DNA from: Candidatus Bathyarchaeota archaeon
Lineage (GTDB): Archaea > Thermoproteota > Bathyarchaeia > 40CM-2-53-6
Length of the DNA stretch: 64,000 nucleotides
Direction: 5' to 3'
NCBI GenBank assembly: GCA_963833125.1
Contig: CAWHWX010000012.1
Coordinates: forward strand, 64,001-128,000
Shown: positions 37,931 to 46,882 of the stretch, one piece after another
Numbering within the stretch: the stretch's first letter is position 1
Layout of the letters: the number at the start of each line of letters is the position of its first letter
Translations under genes and position numbers: made by a program
The notes under the pieces: generated by a model
Told to the model about the DNA's origin: nothing
What the model saw: only the letters and a program-made list of their open reading frames with translations
Databases searched by the model: none

Positions 37931-39193
37931 ATGCCCGTATCATTGAAATCGTCGGTTGGCGTCGAATGGATGGAGTTCCAATATCTAACTCTCGACGACT
38001 TCAACCTGCGAGACAAGGCTGTACTGTTAAGGTTAGACATCAACGCGCCACTTGACCCCAGCACTAATCAAATTCTGGATGACGGAAGAATCGTTGCCGC
38101 CAAACCAACTTTGGACGCCTTGTCCGAAGCTAAGGTCGCCGTTCTTTCTCATCAGAGTCGGCCGGGGAGGGGAGATTTTACTTCTCTTGAGCTTCACGCC
38201 GGAATCCTACAGAAAATTTGCTCTCAGCGAGTTTCTTTCATAGACGATGTAATGGGGCCCGCCGCCCGGCAGGCGGTGAGGGATATGAGGAAAGGTGAGG
38301 TCGTGGTCTTGGATAACGTTCGGTTTTGTTCCGAGGAGATTCTGGAAGATAAGGCTGAGAAGCTCGCCAACACGAACCTCGTAAAACGGTTGGCGCCGTT
38401 GTTTGATCTTTACGTGAATGATGCGTTCGCGACGGCTCATCGATCGCAGGCTTCACTTGTCGGTTTCCCATACCTTCTCCCATCTGCGGCTGGGAAATTA
38501 ATGGAGGGGGAGCTCTCCGCGATCGAGAAGCTTATGAGTAATCCAGCTCGGCCAATCACATACGTGCTCGGTGGTGCGAAGGTTGAGGATAAAGTTCCCG
38601 TGGTCGAAAACATACTATCGACAGGGAAAGCCGACCGCGTCCTAGTCGGAGGTAACGTAGCAAAAGTGTTTCTGAAAGCAACGGGTACGAAACTCGGTCA
38701 GGCGGATGAGGAAGAATTAGGAGCGGTAACTGACGAGGTGCTCAAAGCTAATCGCATCCTATCCAAGTACAGTAAACGGATCGTGTTGCCAACTGACTTC
38801 GGAACCTCAAGGGGCGGTAAGCGTGTGGACGAACCTGTTCGAAGATTGACGAAAGCTGATAGGGCCCTCGACATCGGTTCTGAAACAGCTGAGAGATTCT
38901 CAGAGATTATTGCGGATTCAAAGACAATCGTGGCTTCGGGACCAATGGGCGTCTTCGAAGAAGACGGTTTCGAGAGTGGGACCAGAACTGTTCTACAGGC
39001 GATAGCAAACACCAACGCTTTCACGGTGATCGGCGGAGGCCACTTGGCAGGTTACGCGGGAATCCTCGGCATCGCAGAGAGGCTGTCCCATGTGAGCACC
39101 GCTGGGGGCGCGATGCTTTCCCTCTTGGCCGGAGAAGAACTCCCCGCAATAACCGCTCTTGTTGCAGCCGCAAAACGTGAACGGCGGAAATAG
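37931..39193 (+). CDS. pgk: Phosphoglycerate kinase (archaeal type)
   Basis: LRLDINAP, SHQSRPG, NDAFATAHRSQAS, LGGAKV, GPMGVFE and HVSTAGGA motifs. Confidence 0.95.
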   Translation: MPVSLKSSVGVEWMEFQYLTLDDFNLRDKAVLLRLDINAPLDPSTNQILDDGRIVAAKPTLDALSEAKVAVLSHQSRPGRGDFTSLELHAGILQKICSQRVSFIDDVMGPAARQAVRDMRKGEVVVLDNVRFCSEEILEDKAEKLANTNLVKRLAPLFDLYVNDAFATAHRSQASLVGFPYLLPSAAGKLMEGELSAIEKLMSNPARPITYVLGGAKVEDKVPVVENILSTGKADRVLVGGNVAKVFLKATGTKLGQADEEELGAVTDEVLKANRILSKYSKRIVLPTDFGTSRGGKRVDEPVRRLTKADRALDIGSETAERFSEIIADSKTIVASGPMGVFEEDGFESGTRTVLQAIANTNAFTVIGGGHLAGYAGILGIAERLSHVSTAGGAMLSLLAGEELPAITALVAAAKRERRK

Positions 39194-39242
39194 TCTGGCC
39201 GGTCGTGAGAATTTTAAGCACGAATGTTCATACTCGCGTTGC

Positions 39243-39350
39243 GCCTCGGTGGCTCAGCCTGGCAGATCAAAAATGACCAGAGAGCGGCCGCCTTGTAACA
39301 AAAGCCAAGAGAGCGGCAGGTCGCGGGATCGAATCCCGCCCGAGGCTCCA
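39243..39350 (+). tRNA. tRNA-Thr(TGT) with two introns (D-arm, 17 nt; 37/38, 14 nt)
   Basis: GCCTCGG TG GCTC AGCCTGGCAG[ATCAAAAATGACCAGAG]AGC G GCCGC CT TGT A[ACAAAAGCCAAGAG]A GCGGC AGGTC GCGGG ATCGAAT CCCGC CCGAGGC T CCA. Confidence 0.88.
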
Positions 39351-39560
39351 GAACACGAACCCGAGGCTCGGTGGCGATGTTCCTACTGGCCTAACGGCCA
39401 GTCGTTGGGCCGATTCACCTGGTTTAACACTTGGAGGCCCATTCATACCACTTAGTAGAAATGGAGTAATATTACCCTTTTCGACTGTATCTACAAGCCA
39501 CCTTAAATACATAGTCGGTATATATGCATCTTCTAGATGAGTTCTGGAGGTGTTTGAGAG

Positions 39561-39641
39561 ATGGCGAAGAAACGTAAGGTTAAGATGAAGTTAGGTACTG
39601 AGCACGACAAGAACGTTAGACAAGAGGAAATGGTAGCATAA
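39561..39641 (+). CDS. 26-aa basic microprotein (not in ORF track)
   Basis: MAKKRKVKMKLGTEHDKNVRQEEMVA*; GGAGGTG RBS at 39546-39552; AT-rich TATA-like boxes upstream; terminator downstream. Confidence 0.55.
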   Translation: MAKKRKVKMKLGTEHDKNVRQEEMVA

Positions 39642-39653
39642 GGCTACTAACCG

Positions 39654-39686
39654 AGGGCGACTTGATCGCCCTAATTTCTTTCTTTA
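39654..39686 (+). terminator. Hairpin plus U-rich terminator
   Basis: AGGGCGA-CTTGA-TCGCCCT perfect 7-bp stem followed by AATTTCTTTCTTT. Confidence 0.6.
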
Positions 39687-39772
39687 TTGTATCAAGTTGT
39701 TAACTCAACATACCTGCTCCGAGTCGTAATCTGATGTCGAGAGTCGAATAAGGTCTTATTACCTTCCAAAAC

Positions 39773-40219
39773 GTGACCTACACTAGGGTTCTTTTCATGA
39801 GATTTGGAAAGGCTTGGGTAAAGTACGCCTTGCTTGTGGTGGCCGTTTTGGCCTTGACAACTACTATCATTCCTAGTGGTAGTTCACTGGCTCCGATGTT
39901 CGGGGGATGTGTAAGCCCCACCATTACGGAGTCTATAGCAACGACCGTGACAACATCAACTTCGCCGACGCCAGTTGCTGGGTTAACTGCCGTCTCTACT
40001 CTCTCATCCTTTCAAGTAACGAGCAGCTCTAGTAGCCCATCCTGTGATTTAGGTACTGGTGAAAACTTTCTGTTCATCCTTACCCTCGTTACCGTAGCGA
40101 TTATTCTTGGAGTGCCCGTGGTCATTCCCGAATTTCCCTTCGGCCTATTCATACTTGCAATCCTCACGGTACTTGCATACAGCATTATCCGACGTCGAAC
40201 TCGAAACCTTAAAACCTAA
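39773..40219 (+). CDS. Small surface protein with PEF-CTERM-like sorting signal
   Basis: Signal peptide, S/T-rich body, IPEFPFG-TM-RRRTRN. Confidence 0.7.
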   Translation: MTYTRVLFMRFGKAWVKYALLVVAVLALTTTIIPSGSSLAPMFGGCVSPTITESIATTVTTSTSPTPVAGLTAVSTLSSFQVTSSSSSPSCDLGTGENFLFILTLVTVAIILGVPVVIPEFPFGLFILAILTVLAYSIIRRRTRNLKT

Positions 40220-40253
40220 ACTGAGTTAAGTTCGTTTGGCCGAAGCGTGAGCG

Positions 40254-40289
40254 CAGGCCCAATCGTTCCAGTACATTCACGATAATGCT
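40254..40289 (+). repeat. Conserved non-coding element downstream of the PEF-CTERM genes (copies at 41489-41524 and partial at 40851-40877)
   Basis: CAGGCCCAATCGTTCCAGTACATTCACGATAATGCT versus CAGGCCAAATCGTTCAAGTACATTCACGATAATGCT (34/36). Each copy is preceded by a GGCC arm that can form a hairpin. Confidence 0.75.
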
Positions 40290-40348
40290 TCTCGACACGT
40301 TACGTTATATAGATATGGCTTCCTCACATTGAGTGGCTTGGGGAGCTT

Positions 40349-40837
40349 ATGGTTCAAAGATTCAGGTTGATTGCCGTTGCGATACTGGCAATCGTTGCGT
40401 TTACGGTCATGTTGAATGTGGGCAATGTTTACGCCCAGACGGTTGTCCTAACCCCGAACCCTGTCACCGCAGGTACATCTGTTATGGCAACTGGAAGCGC
40501 GTTTCCTTCAGGCGATACAGGAGCACTTACGTTGTATCAAGTCAACACGGGTGCTTGCTCGGGTTTGGTGTTCGGCCCCGTGTTGCCGTTTACTGTCAGT
40601 GGCGGTGGAGGTTTCGTGATTAGTGGTATATCCACGACGGGTCTGTCTGTTGGGTCACACTGTGTTGCTGTAGGCTACACTAATGGCGAGGTCAACTCTG
40701 CTCTCTTCCTTGTCTTGACCGTTAACGCACCCGCGCCACCAATCCCTGAGTATCCTTTCGGACTACCTTTACTCGCAATATTTACGATAATTGGGTACGG
40801 CCTAGTCAGACGAAAGACTCGAAACGATAAAGCCTAA
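40349..40837 (+). CDS. Small surface protein with PEF-CTERM-like sorting signal
   Basis: Signal peptide (NVYAQ), Ig-like body, IPEYPFG-TM-RRKTRN. Confidence 0.75.
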   Translation: MVQRFRLIAVAILAIVAFTVMLNVGNVYAQTVVLTPNPVTAGTSVMATGSAFPSGDTGALTLYQVNTGACSGLVFGPVLPFTVSGGGGFVISGISTTGLSVGSHCVAVGYTNGEVNSALFLVLTVNAPAPPIPEYPFGLPLLAIFTIIGYGLVRRKTRNDKA

Positions 40838-40995
40838 GTTGCGTAAACGGTTGGGCCGTCGAGGCCCAATCATTCCAATGGAAAATCCAATTCATCTTAG
40901 TGAAGCGAAACATTGCTGTTCCAACTCGAAGCTAGTGATGATTAGAAATAAGTCATAATAGGTTCAGGAATCAAGCTCTGCTGGGGTCCTCGTTC

Positions 40996-41469
40996 TTGAG
41001 ATATGGAACGGTCGGGTTTGGTTTACTACTTGTCATTCTGCTCGTTTTGGTCGCAGGCTACTCGACGCAGATATTGGAAGTCGCTGCAGATGGAGCGTGT
41101 GCTAATGTTCTTTTTTCCTCTTCAGAACAGAACGGAGTTACCAGCAATCTTGGAACAATAACTGCATTCGGCGACGAAATGGTGCTTCCAAGAACTCGTG
41201 GACCTTGTCCTGGAAGTTACCCGATAGTATACACGCCTGCCGGAGGCTACATTTTTGTAAGCTGGCAGACAACTGGCGGCTGCAGTGTAGCAGATGTTAA
41301 CGCCGCATCTACGACATTGATTGTTGTCTCGGATTGCTCAGTGACTGCGATTTACAGTGTGGCACCACCACCGATACCTGAATACCCAATCGGCCTACCA
41401 ATCATAGCAATCCTCGCGATAATCGGTTACAGTTTAGTTAAACGTCGAACAAGAAACTATAGCACCTAG
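40996..41469 (+). CDS. Small surface protein with InlB-B-like repeat and PEF-CTERM-like sorting signal
   Basis: TTG AGA TAT GGA reads directly on the + strand at 40996, so the minus label in the ORF track is wrong. PAGGYIFVSW; IPEYPIG-TM-KRRTRN. Confidence 0.75.
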   Translation: MRYGTVGFGLLLVILLVLVAGYSTQILEVAADGACANVLFSSSEQNGVTSNLGTITAFGDEMVLPRTRGPCPGSYPIVYTPAGGYIFVSWQTTGGCSVADVNAASTTLIVVSDCSVTAIYSVAPPPIPEYPIGLPIIAILAIIGYSLVKRRTRNYST

Positions 41470-41522
41470 ATTTCAAGCGACTGGGCCACAGGCCAAATCG
41501 TTCAAGTACATTCACGATAATG

Positions 41523-41747
41523 CTAGGTCTCTTCGACCTGTCCTTTGGAATACATCGCGCGACCTACAGGTACTGAAGCAGTGGCTCCGCATGAGCACTC
41601 GTAGTTTTCATAAAGAATTCTCAACAGTGAAGAAGGAAATCTGCCCTCAATGGGGCCATCCATAGTTTGCTGGGTGGTTGATTCCTCGTGCAGATTAAGA
41701 GACATCGGGTTTCCGCATGCTGGACAGTTTGGGATTTTCTTAGGCAT
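41523..41747 (-). CDS. Small zinc-ribbon protein
   Basis: CPACG...YECSCG. Confidence 0.55.
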   Translation of the reverse strand: MPKKIPNCPACGNPMSLNLHEESTTQQTMDGPIEGRFPSSLLRILYENYECSCGATASVPVGRAMYSKGQVEET

Positions 41748-41872
41748 GAAGTAAAATTGCTCCGGTCGCTATAAAACAGTTAGCGTGAGACTTTCGGGTC
41801 ATCTCTGTTCTGGAAAATCGTTTCGGTTGGGAAAGGCATTTAAGCCCATGTAGCTGCGTGTAACTGATTTCA

Positions 41873-42055
41873 ATGGATTCGAAATCGAAATCCTACCTTG
41901 CGATTGCAATGGGGATAGTCATAATCCTAGCCGACATATACTGGTTAGTTGTGGGGGCTTCTTACACTTACCCACCTTGGCTTGCTGCGGGGATAATAAT
42001 CTTCGTTGCGAGTGTGGTCTGGATCTGGGTCGATTACGACCTCATGAAAAAATAG
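41873..42055 (+). CDS. Small two-TM membrane protein
   Basis: 60 aa with two hydrophobic helices; TTTAAG TATA-like box upstream. Confidence 0.6.
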   Translation: MDSKSKSYLAIAMGIVIILADIYWLVVGASYTYPPWLAAGIIIFVASVVWIWVDYDLMKK

Positions 42056-42069
42056 GCAAGGACACCTAT

Positions 42070-42576
42070 CTAGGTCCGTACCGTGAGGTCTTCCTTCACG
42101 GTTCGAAGAACGATGATGCTCTCGGTTCCTGCGATTCCATCAATAGTTCCCACCGCATCCATTATCTTACCTAAGGCGTCTGTTCCGCTGGTTCGAATTT
42201 TCAGGATCGAATAGTACTCCCCCGTTACATCGTATATTTCGTAAATGTCATCGAATTTCTTTAACGCGTCAAGTGTTCCCGGAAACGCTTTGGGATTCGC
42301 CCGGACAAGTACAATTGCTGTAAGGTCTTTCCCTACCGCTTTAGGATCGACGATCGCGCTAAAACCCTTAATCACGCCGCCCTCCTGCATCTTCCTCACT
42401 CGTACGAAGACGGTTCCTTCACTCACGCCGACTTTCTGAGCAATTGTTTTGAATGAGATTCGGGCGTCGCGTTGGAGTTTGCGCAGAATCTTATGATCAG
42501 CGTCATCGAGTTCCATCCGCTCGCTCTCCCTAGTTTGTCTCTTTTCCATCGCTGAGATCGTCATAACTGAATCCAC
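42070..42576 (-). CDS. Lrp/AsnC family transcriptional regulator
   Basis: LDDAD.KIL..LQ.DAR..F..IA..VGVSE.TV..R HTH; YDVTGEY RAM domain; divergent from argG. Real start is probably MELDD. Confidence 0.88.
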   Translation of the reverse strand: MDSVMTISAMEKRQTRESERMELDDADHKILRKLQRDARISFKTIAQKVGVSEGTVFVRVRKMQEGGVIKGFSAIVDPKAVGKDLTAIVLVRANPKAFPGTLDALKKFDDIYEIYDVTGEYYSILKIRTSGTDALGKIMDAVGTIDGIAGTESIIVLRTVKEDLTVRT

Positions 42577-42655
42577 AACTCCAAGGAATATTTATTAGTG
42601 ATAACATAATGTATAGGCCAAATTCATAAGGTTTCCTTAACAAGTGAGCTGAGTT

Positions 42656-43915
42656 ATGCCTGAAAAAGTCGTTCTAGCCTATTCCGGCGGTCTCGATACC
42701 TCCGTTATGATCCGCTGGATCAAAGAAAAATATGGATACGATGTCGTAACCGTAACCGCAGACGTCGGGCAAGCGGATGATCTCGCAGAGGTTGGGAAGA
42801 AAGCTAGACTGGTCGGAGCGATTAAGCACTATACCCTGGATTTGAAGCAGGAATTCCTGCAAGACTATGTATTCCCGGCAATCAAGGCTAACGCTCTCTA
42901 CGAATCCAAATACCCCGTCAGCACAGCCCTCGCGAGACCGCTGATCGCCAAGAAACTCGTTGAGATTGCCCACAAGGAACACGCGCAAGCGGTTGCGCAT
43001 GGATGTACGGGAAAGGGCAACGACCAGGTTCGGTTCGAAGTTACCATCAAAGCCCTCGACCCGAAGCTGAAGATCATAGCTCCTGTACGAGAATGGAAAC
43101 TTCCGAGGGAGCAGGAAATCCGTTACGCTGAAGAGCACGGCATCCCCGTCCCAGTCGACCTCGAAAACCCCTACAGTGTAGACCAGAACATCTGGGGGCG
43201 CTCGGTCGAGTGCGGAATACTTGAGAACCCAGCCATCGAACCACCCCAAGAAGCATACGAATGGACCAATTCACCCGAAAACGCTCCCGCAACCCCTGAA
43301 TACTTCACCATCGAGTTCGAGAAGGGCGTTCCGATAGCCGTTAACCTAAGGCATCTCAACCCCGTCGACCTAATCAAGAAACTCAACTATATCGGCGGAA
43401 AGCACAGCATTGGCCGAATCGACCACATTGAAGACCGTCTCGTCGGAATTAAATCCAGAGAAGTCTACGAATGTCCTGCAGCGACCATACTGATCGAAGC
43501 CCATAGGGAACTGGAGAAACTCGTGCTGACGAGGCATGAGGTATGGTTCAAACAGAAAATTGACACGGAGTGGACGAACCTCGTATACACTGGACTTTGG
43601 AACGACCCACTCAAAGAAGATCTTGACGCCTTCGTCGAGCAAACTCAAGAACACGTTTCGGGGGAAGTCAAGTTGAAGGCTTACAAAGGCGCTGTCACTG
43701 TGGTCGGGAGAACTTCGCCTATGTCACTATACGATACGGCGCTCGCAACCTACGGTGCATCTACTACATTTGACCAAACATGGTCCAATGGATTCATTGA
43801 GATCTGGGCAATGCCAACGGTCGTAGCGAACGCTCGAAAACGGGAACATTCCAACAAGCCAATGCAGTACAAAGTCGCTGCGAAGGCGACCACGCAAGCG
43901 CGTAAGGCAAAGTAG
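42656..43915 (+). CDS. argG: Argininosuccinate synthase
   Basis: LAYSGGLDTS, HGCTGKGNDQVRFE and GIKSREVYE motifs. Confidence 0.96.
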   Translation: MPEKVVLAYSGGLDTSVMIRWIKEKYGYDVVTVTADVGQADDLAEVGKKARLVGAIKHYTLDLKQEFLQDYVFPAIKANALYESKYPVSTALARPLIAKKLVEIAHKEHAQAVAHGCTGKGNDQVRFEVTIKALDPKLKIIAPVREWKLPREQEIRYAEEHGIPVPVDLENPYSVDQNIWGRSVECGILENPAIEPPQEAYEWTNSPENAPATPEYFTIEFEKGVPIAVNLRHLNPVDLIKKLNYIGGKHSIGRIDHIEDRLVGIKSREVYECPAATILIEAHRELEKLVLTRHEVWFKQKIDTEWTNLVYTGLWNDPLKEDLDAFVEQTQEHVSGEVKLKAYKGAVTVVGRTSPMSLYDTALATYGASTTFDQTWSNGFIEIWAMPTVVANARKREHSNKPMQYKVAAKATTQARKAK

Positions 43916-43986
43916 AACGCCTCCACGCTGGCACCCAAGGGTCGTGTTCGCTAGACTAGTCGTTAATTTTGATGGAGGTGAGCGGA

Positions 43987-44159
43987 TGTCTATTGAAAAA
44001 TGTGTTGATTGCGAAGCTCAAATTACTGTCCCAGATGACGCGGTGAATGGGGAGGTTGTCACCTGCCAAGACTGCGGGCTAGACTTCGAGGTCGTAGTCA
44101 CTCCACAAGGCCGCTCGATCAAACCAGTCGTGATTGAGAAAGAGGACTGGGGTGAGTAA
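43987..44159 (+). CDS. lysW: Amino-group carrier protein LysW/ArgW
   Basis: CVDC...GEVVTCQDCG...EDWGE C-terminus; GGAGGTGA RBS. Confidence 0.92.
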
Positions 44160-44180
44160 GTAACGGTCAAGGTTGGTCTG

Positions 44181-45017
44181 GTGTACGATCAGTTAAGGCC
44201 TGACGAGCGGCTCATCATAGATGCAGCAAAACGCGATGGCATAGATCTTGTGCTCTATGACACGAATCAACTCGCATGGGACGTCACAACTGAGAACGAC
44301 GGAATCGTACTAGCGGACGCTTTCCTTCAACGTTGCATGTCATTCTTCAGGAGTATACATGTGACCGCCACGTTGGAAGCGAGAGGCAGACCCGTCGTCA
44401 ACTCCTACAAGGCAGCCTCAACCTGCGGAAACAAACTTATCGCATCGATATGCCTCAGTCGCACGAAGATTCCAACCCCACGAACATTCCTCACCTTCAC
44501 CCAAGAAGCGTCACTCAAGGCATTGGAGCAACTAGGTTATCCGGCAGTGGTAAAGCCGATTGTGGGAAGTTGGGGAAGGCTCGTTGCACAAATCAAGGAC
44601 CCTGAATCGGCAGTTGCAATCCTTGAACCAAGAGAGTACATGCACCCCGTCCAACAAGTCTACTATCTGCAGGAGAAAATTAAGCGCCCCGAACGCGACA
44701 TCCGGTGTTACGTGATCGGCGATGAAGCCGTCGCCGCCATTTACAGAAACGCCCCGCCAGACGATTGGCGAACTAACACGGCGCGGGGAGGCGTTGCTGA
44801 GAATCTGGCAGTAACTCCTGAACTGGCAGAACTTAGCATAAGGGCCGCTCAAGCTGTCGGGGGTGGTGCTTTCGGCGTAGACTTGATGGAAACTGAGTCC
44901 GGCTTCGTTGTTCACGAAGTAAACCACACTACCGAATTCAAGAACACTGTTCGGGTGACGGGGATCGACATTCCGAAGCTGTTACTCGAGTATACGATTC
45001 GGCAGGCCAAGAAATGA
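44181..45017 (+). CDS. lysX: LysX/ArgX ATP-grasp LysW ligase
   Basis: VVKPIVGSWGRLV, WRTNTARGG and EVNHTTEFKN motifs. True start is probably GTG at about 44152 with a 1-nt indel. Confidence 0.9.
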   Translation: MYDQLRPDERLIIDAAKRDGIDLVLYDTNQLAWDVTTENDGIVLADAFLQRCMSFFRSIHVTATLEARGRPVVNSYKAASTCGNKLIASICLSRTKIPTPRTFLTFTQEASLKALEQLGYPAVVKPIVGSWGRLVAQIKDPESAVAILEPREYMHPVQQVYYLQEKIKRPERDIRCYVIGDEAVAAIYRNAPPDDWRTNTARGGVAENLAVTPELAELSIRAAQAVGGGAFGVDLMETESGFVVHEVNHTTEFKNTVRVTGIDIPKLLLEYTIRQAKK

Positions 45018-46066
45018 TAAGCGTCTCCGTGATGGGCGGGTCAGGGTATGTAGGGGGCGAGCTGCTACGTTTACTCCTTACCCATCCAAACTGCGAAGTC
45101 CAGGCAGTCACCTCGCGGCGGTACGCCGGAGAACCACTCTTTCGAGTTCACCCTAACCTCAGAAACGTAACCGCGCTCAGATTCCAGAAAGAGGGGTTGG
45201 AGACTGCTATTGCTGGAAGCGACGTTGTCTTTACCGCGCTGCCACATGGAAAATCCATTGAAGTCGTTCCACAACTGCTCGAGCGAGGGGTGAAAGTGAT
45301 AGATCTCACAGCAGATTTCCGACTGAAGGATGCCAAAGCATACGAGGAATACTACGGATTTAATCACCCTCGTCCGGACCTCTTGGAGAAGTCGGTCTAC
45401 GGGCTACCCGAACTTCACCGAGATAGAATAAAGTCAGCGCAACTCGTTTCGGTACCGGGTTGCATGGCTACCGCGGCAATCCTGAGCCTCGCTCCAATTG
45501 TGGGAAGAGGATGGATTGATCTGAACAGAATCGTCATTGATGCGAAAATCGGCTCCTCAGGTGCCGGAGCTACTCCGACAATTGCAAGTCACCACTCCGA
45601 ACGCGCAGGGGGTGTCCGTCCGTACAAGGTTACAGGACACCGGCACATCGCAGAGATTGAGCAGGAGCTTGACAAGGTCGCGGATAAGATACTTCATGTT
45701 TCATTCACTCCTCACGCGGTGAACATGATCCGCGGCATCCTCTCCACCTCACACACCTTCATGACCAGTAGCTTGGAACCTCGAGATGTCTTCAAGGCAT
45801 ATCGAACAAAATGCGAATCAGAACCCTTCATCAGGATCGTCTCAGACAAGAAAGGCCTTCACGGGTTACCCAATCCAAAAGTTACGGTCGGTACAAACTA
45901 TTGTGATGTAGGATTCGAGATCGATGCGCATTCACAGAGACTGATTCTCTTCTCTGCCCTAGATAATCTGACGAAGGGGGCTGCCGGGGCGGCGGTTCAG
46001 TGCTTCAACCTAATGTCAGGCCTCGATGAGAAAACCGGCTTGAATCTCGTGGGCTTACACCCTTAG
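45014..46066 (+). CDS. lysY: LysW-gamma-aminoadipyl/glutamyl-phosphate reductase (LysY/ArgC)
   Basis: GGSGYVGGEL, YGLPE, PGCMAT and DNLTKGAAG motifs. Confidence 0.9.
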   Translation: MISVSVMGGSGYVGGELLRLLLTHPNCEVQAVTSRRYAGEPLFRVHPNLRNVTALRFQKEGLETAIAGSDVVFTALPHGKSIEVVPQLLERGVKVIDLTADFRLKDAKAYEEYYGFNHPRPDLLEKSVYGLPELHRDRIKSAQLVSVPGCMATAAILSLAPIVGRGWIDLNRIVIDAKIGSSGAGATPTIASHHSERAGGVRPYKVTGHRHIAEIEQELDKVADKILHVSFTPHAVNMIRGILSTSHTFMTSSLEPRDVFKAYRTKCESEPFIRIVSDKKGLHGLPNPKVTVGTNYCDVGFEIDAHSQRLILFSALDNLTKGAAGAAVQCFNLMSGLDEKTGLNLVGLHP

Positions 46067-46882
46067 TGATTTCCATGGTTATCGTTGTAAAAGTCGGAGA
46101 CAAAGTAATGGGCGACGCCTTCTCAGAAACTGCACTAACTGATTTCGAGGCTCTGACGCACCAGACGGCGACTGTTTTAGTCCACGGAGGGGGCAATACG
46201 GTTACAAGTGTCGCGGAGAAACTCGGAGTACATCAGCAATTCGTAACTTCCCCTGAAGGTTTCAGGAGCAGATACACGGACGCTGAGTCCATGCAGGTCT
46301 ATACTATGGTTATGGCAGGGAGAGTCAACAAACAAATCGTCATGCAACTCCTCAGCAGAAAGATTCCAGCGGTCGGCCTTTCGGGGTTAGATGGCAGCAT
46401 AATACGGGCGGAAAGAAAGAGAAAGCTGATCATTAAGGATGAGCGAGGCCGGAGGAGAGCGATAGATGGAGGATACACCGGTATGATTACGCATACTGAC
46501 GGAACTCTTTTGAGAACTTTGATCAGCAGTGGCTACGTTCCAGTTATAGCACCAATAGCACTCGGCTCCGATAATGAACCTCTGAACATCGACGGTGACA
46601 GAACAGCAGCACATATCGCTGCAGCTCTGCAGGCTGAAATTTTACTTCTCATAACAGATGTGGAGAGGCGTCTCTCTGGAGTCAGGTGTCGTGCGTCACC
46701 TGAATGCTGAGGAAGCGAAGAAGGACCTGCCAAAGCTCGGACCGGGAATGATTACCAAGGTTTACGCTGCGCTCGAAGCACTTTCGAAAGGAGTCGGCAA
46801 GGTTGTGGTGGCTCCAGGCACGGGCACAGCTCCATACACAGCCGCAATCAATGGGGAATCCGGGACTTTGATCACGGCATGA
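46066..46882 (+). CDS. lysZ: LysW-aminoadipate/glutamate kinase (LysZ/ArgB), frameshift near 46665
   Basis: VHGGG, SPEGFRSRYTD, GGYTG and NIDGDR motifs; C-terminus (GPGMITK) in ORF 46658-46882. Confidence 0.87.

Noticed and set aside
39360-39375. 10-bp echo of the tRNA-Thr(TGT) 3' end (CCCGAGGCTC) just downstream
   Set aside because: Too short and only about 10 bp from the tRNA, enclosing nothing; it cannot be called an att site.
40996-41469. ORF track lists this 157-aa ORF on the minus strand
   Set aside because: The listed protein (MRYGTVGF...) reads directly on the + strand from TTG at 40996 to TAG at 41469, so it is reported as +.
40208-41524. Repeats after the PEF-CTERM genes as integron attC sites or a CRISPR array
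   Set aside because: No RYYYAAC...GTTRRRY pair and no integrase; spacing is gene-sized rather than 30-45-nt spacers; no cas genes.
42674-43249. Long antisense ORFs (e.g. opposite argG, porA, lysJ)
   Set aside because: Shadow frames of well-supported genes, with no motifs.
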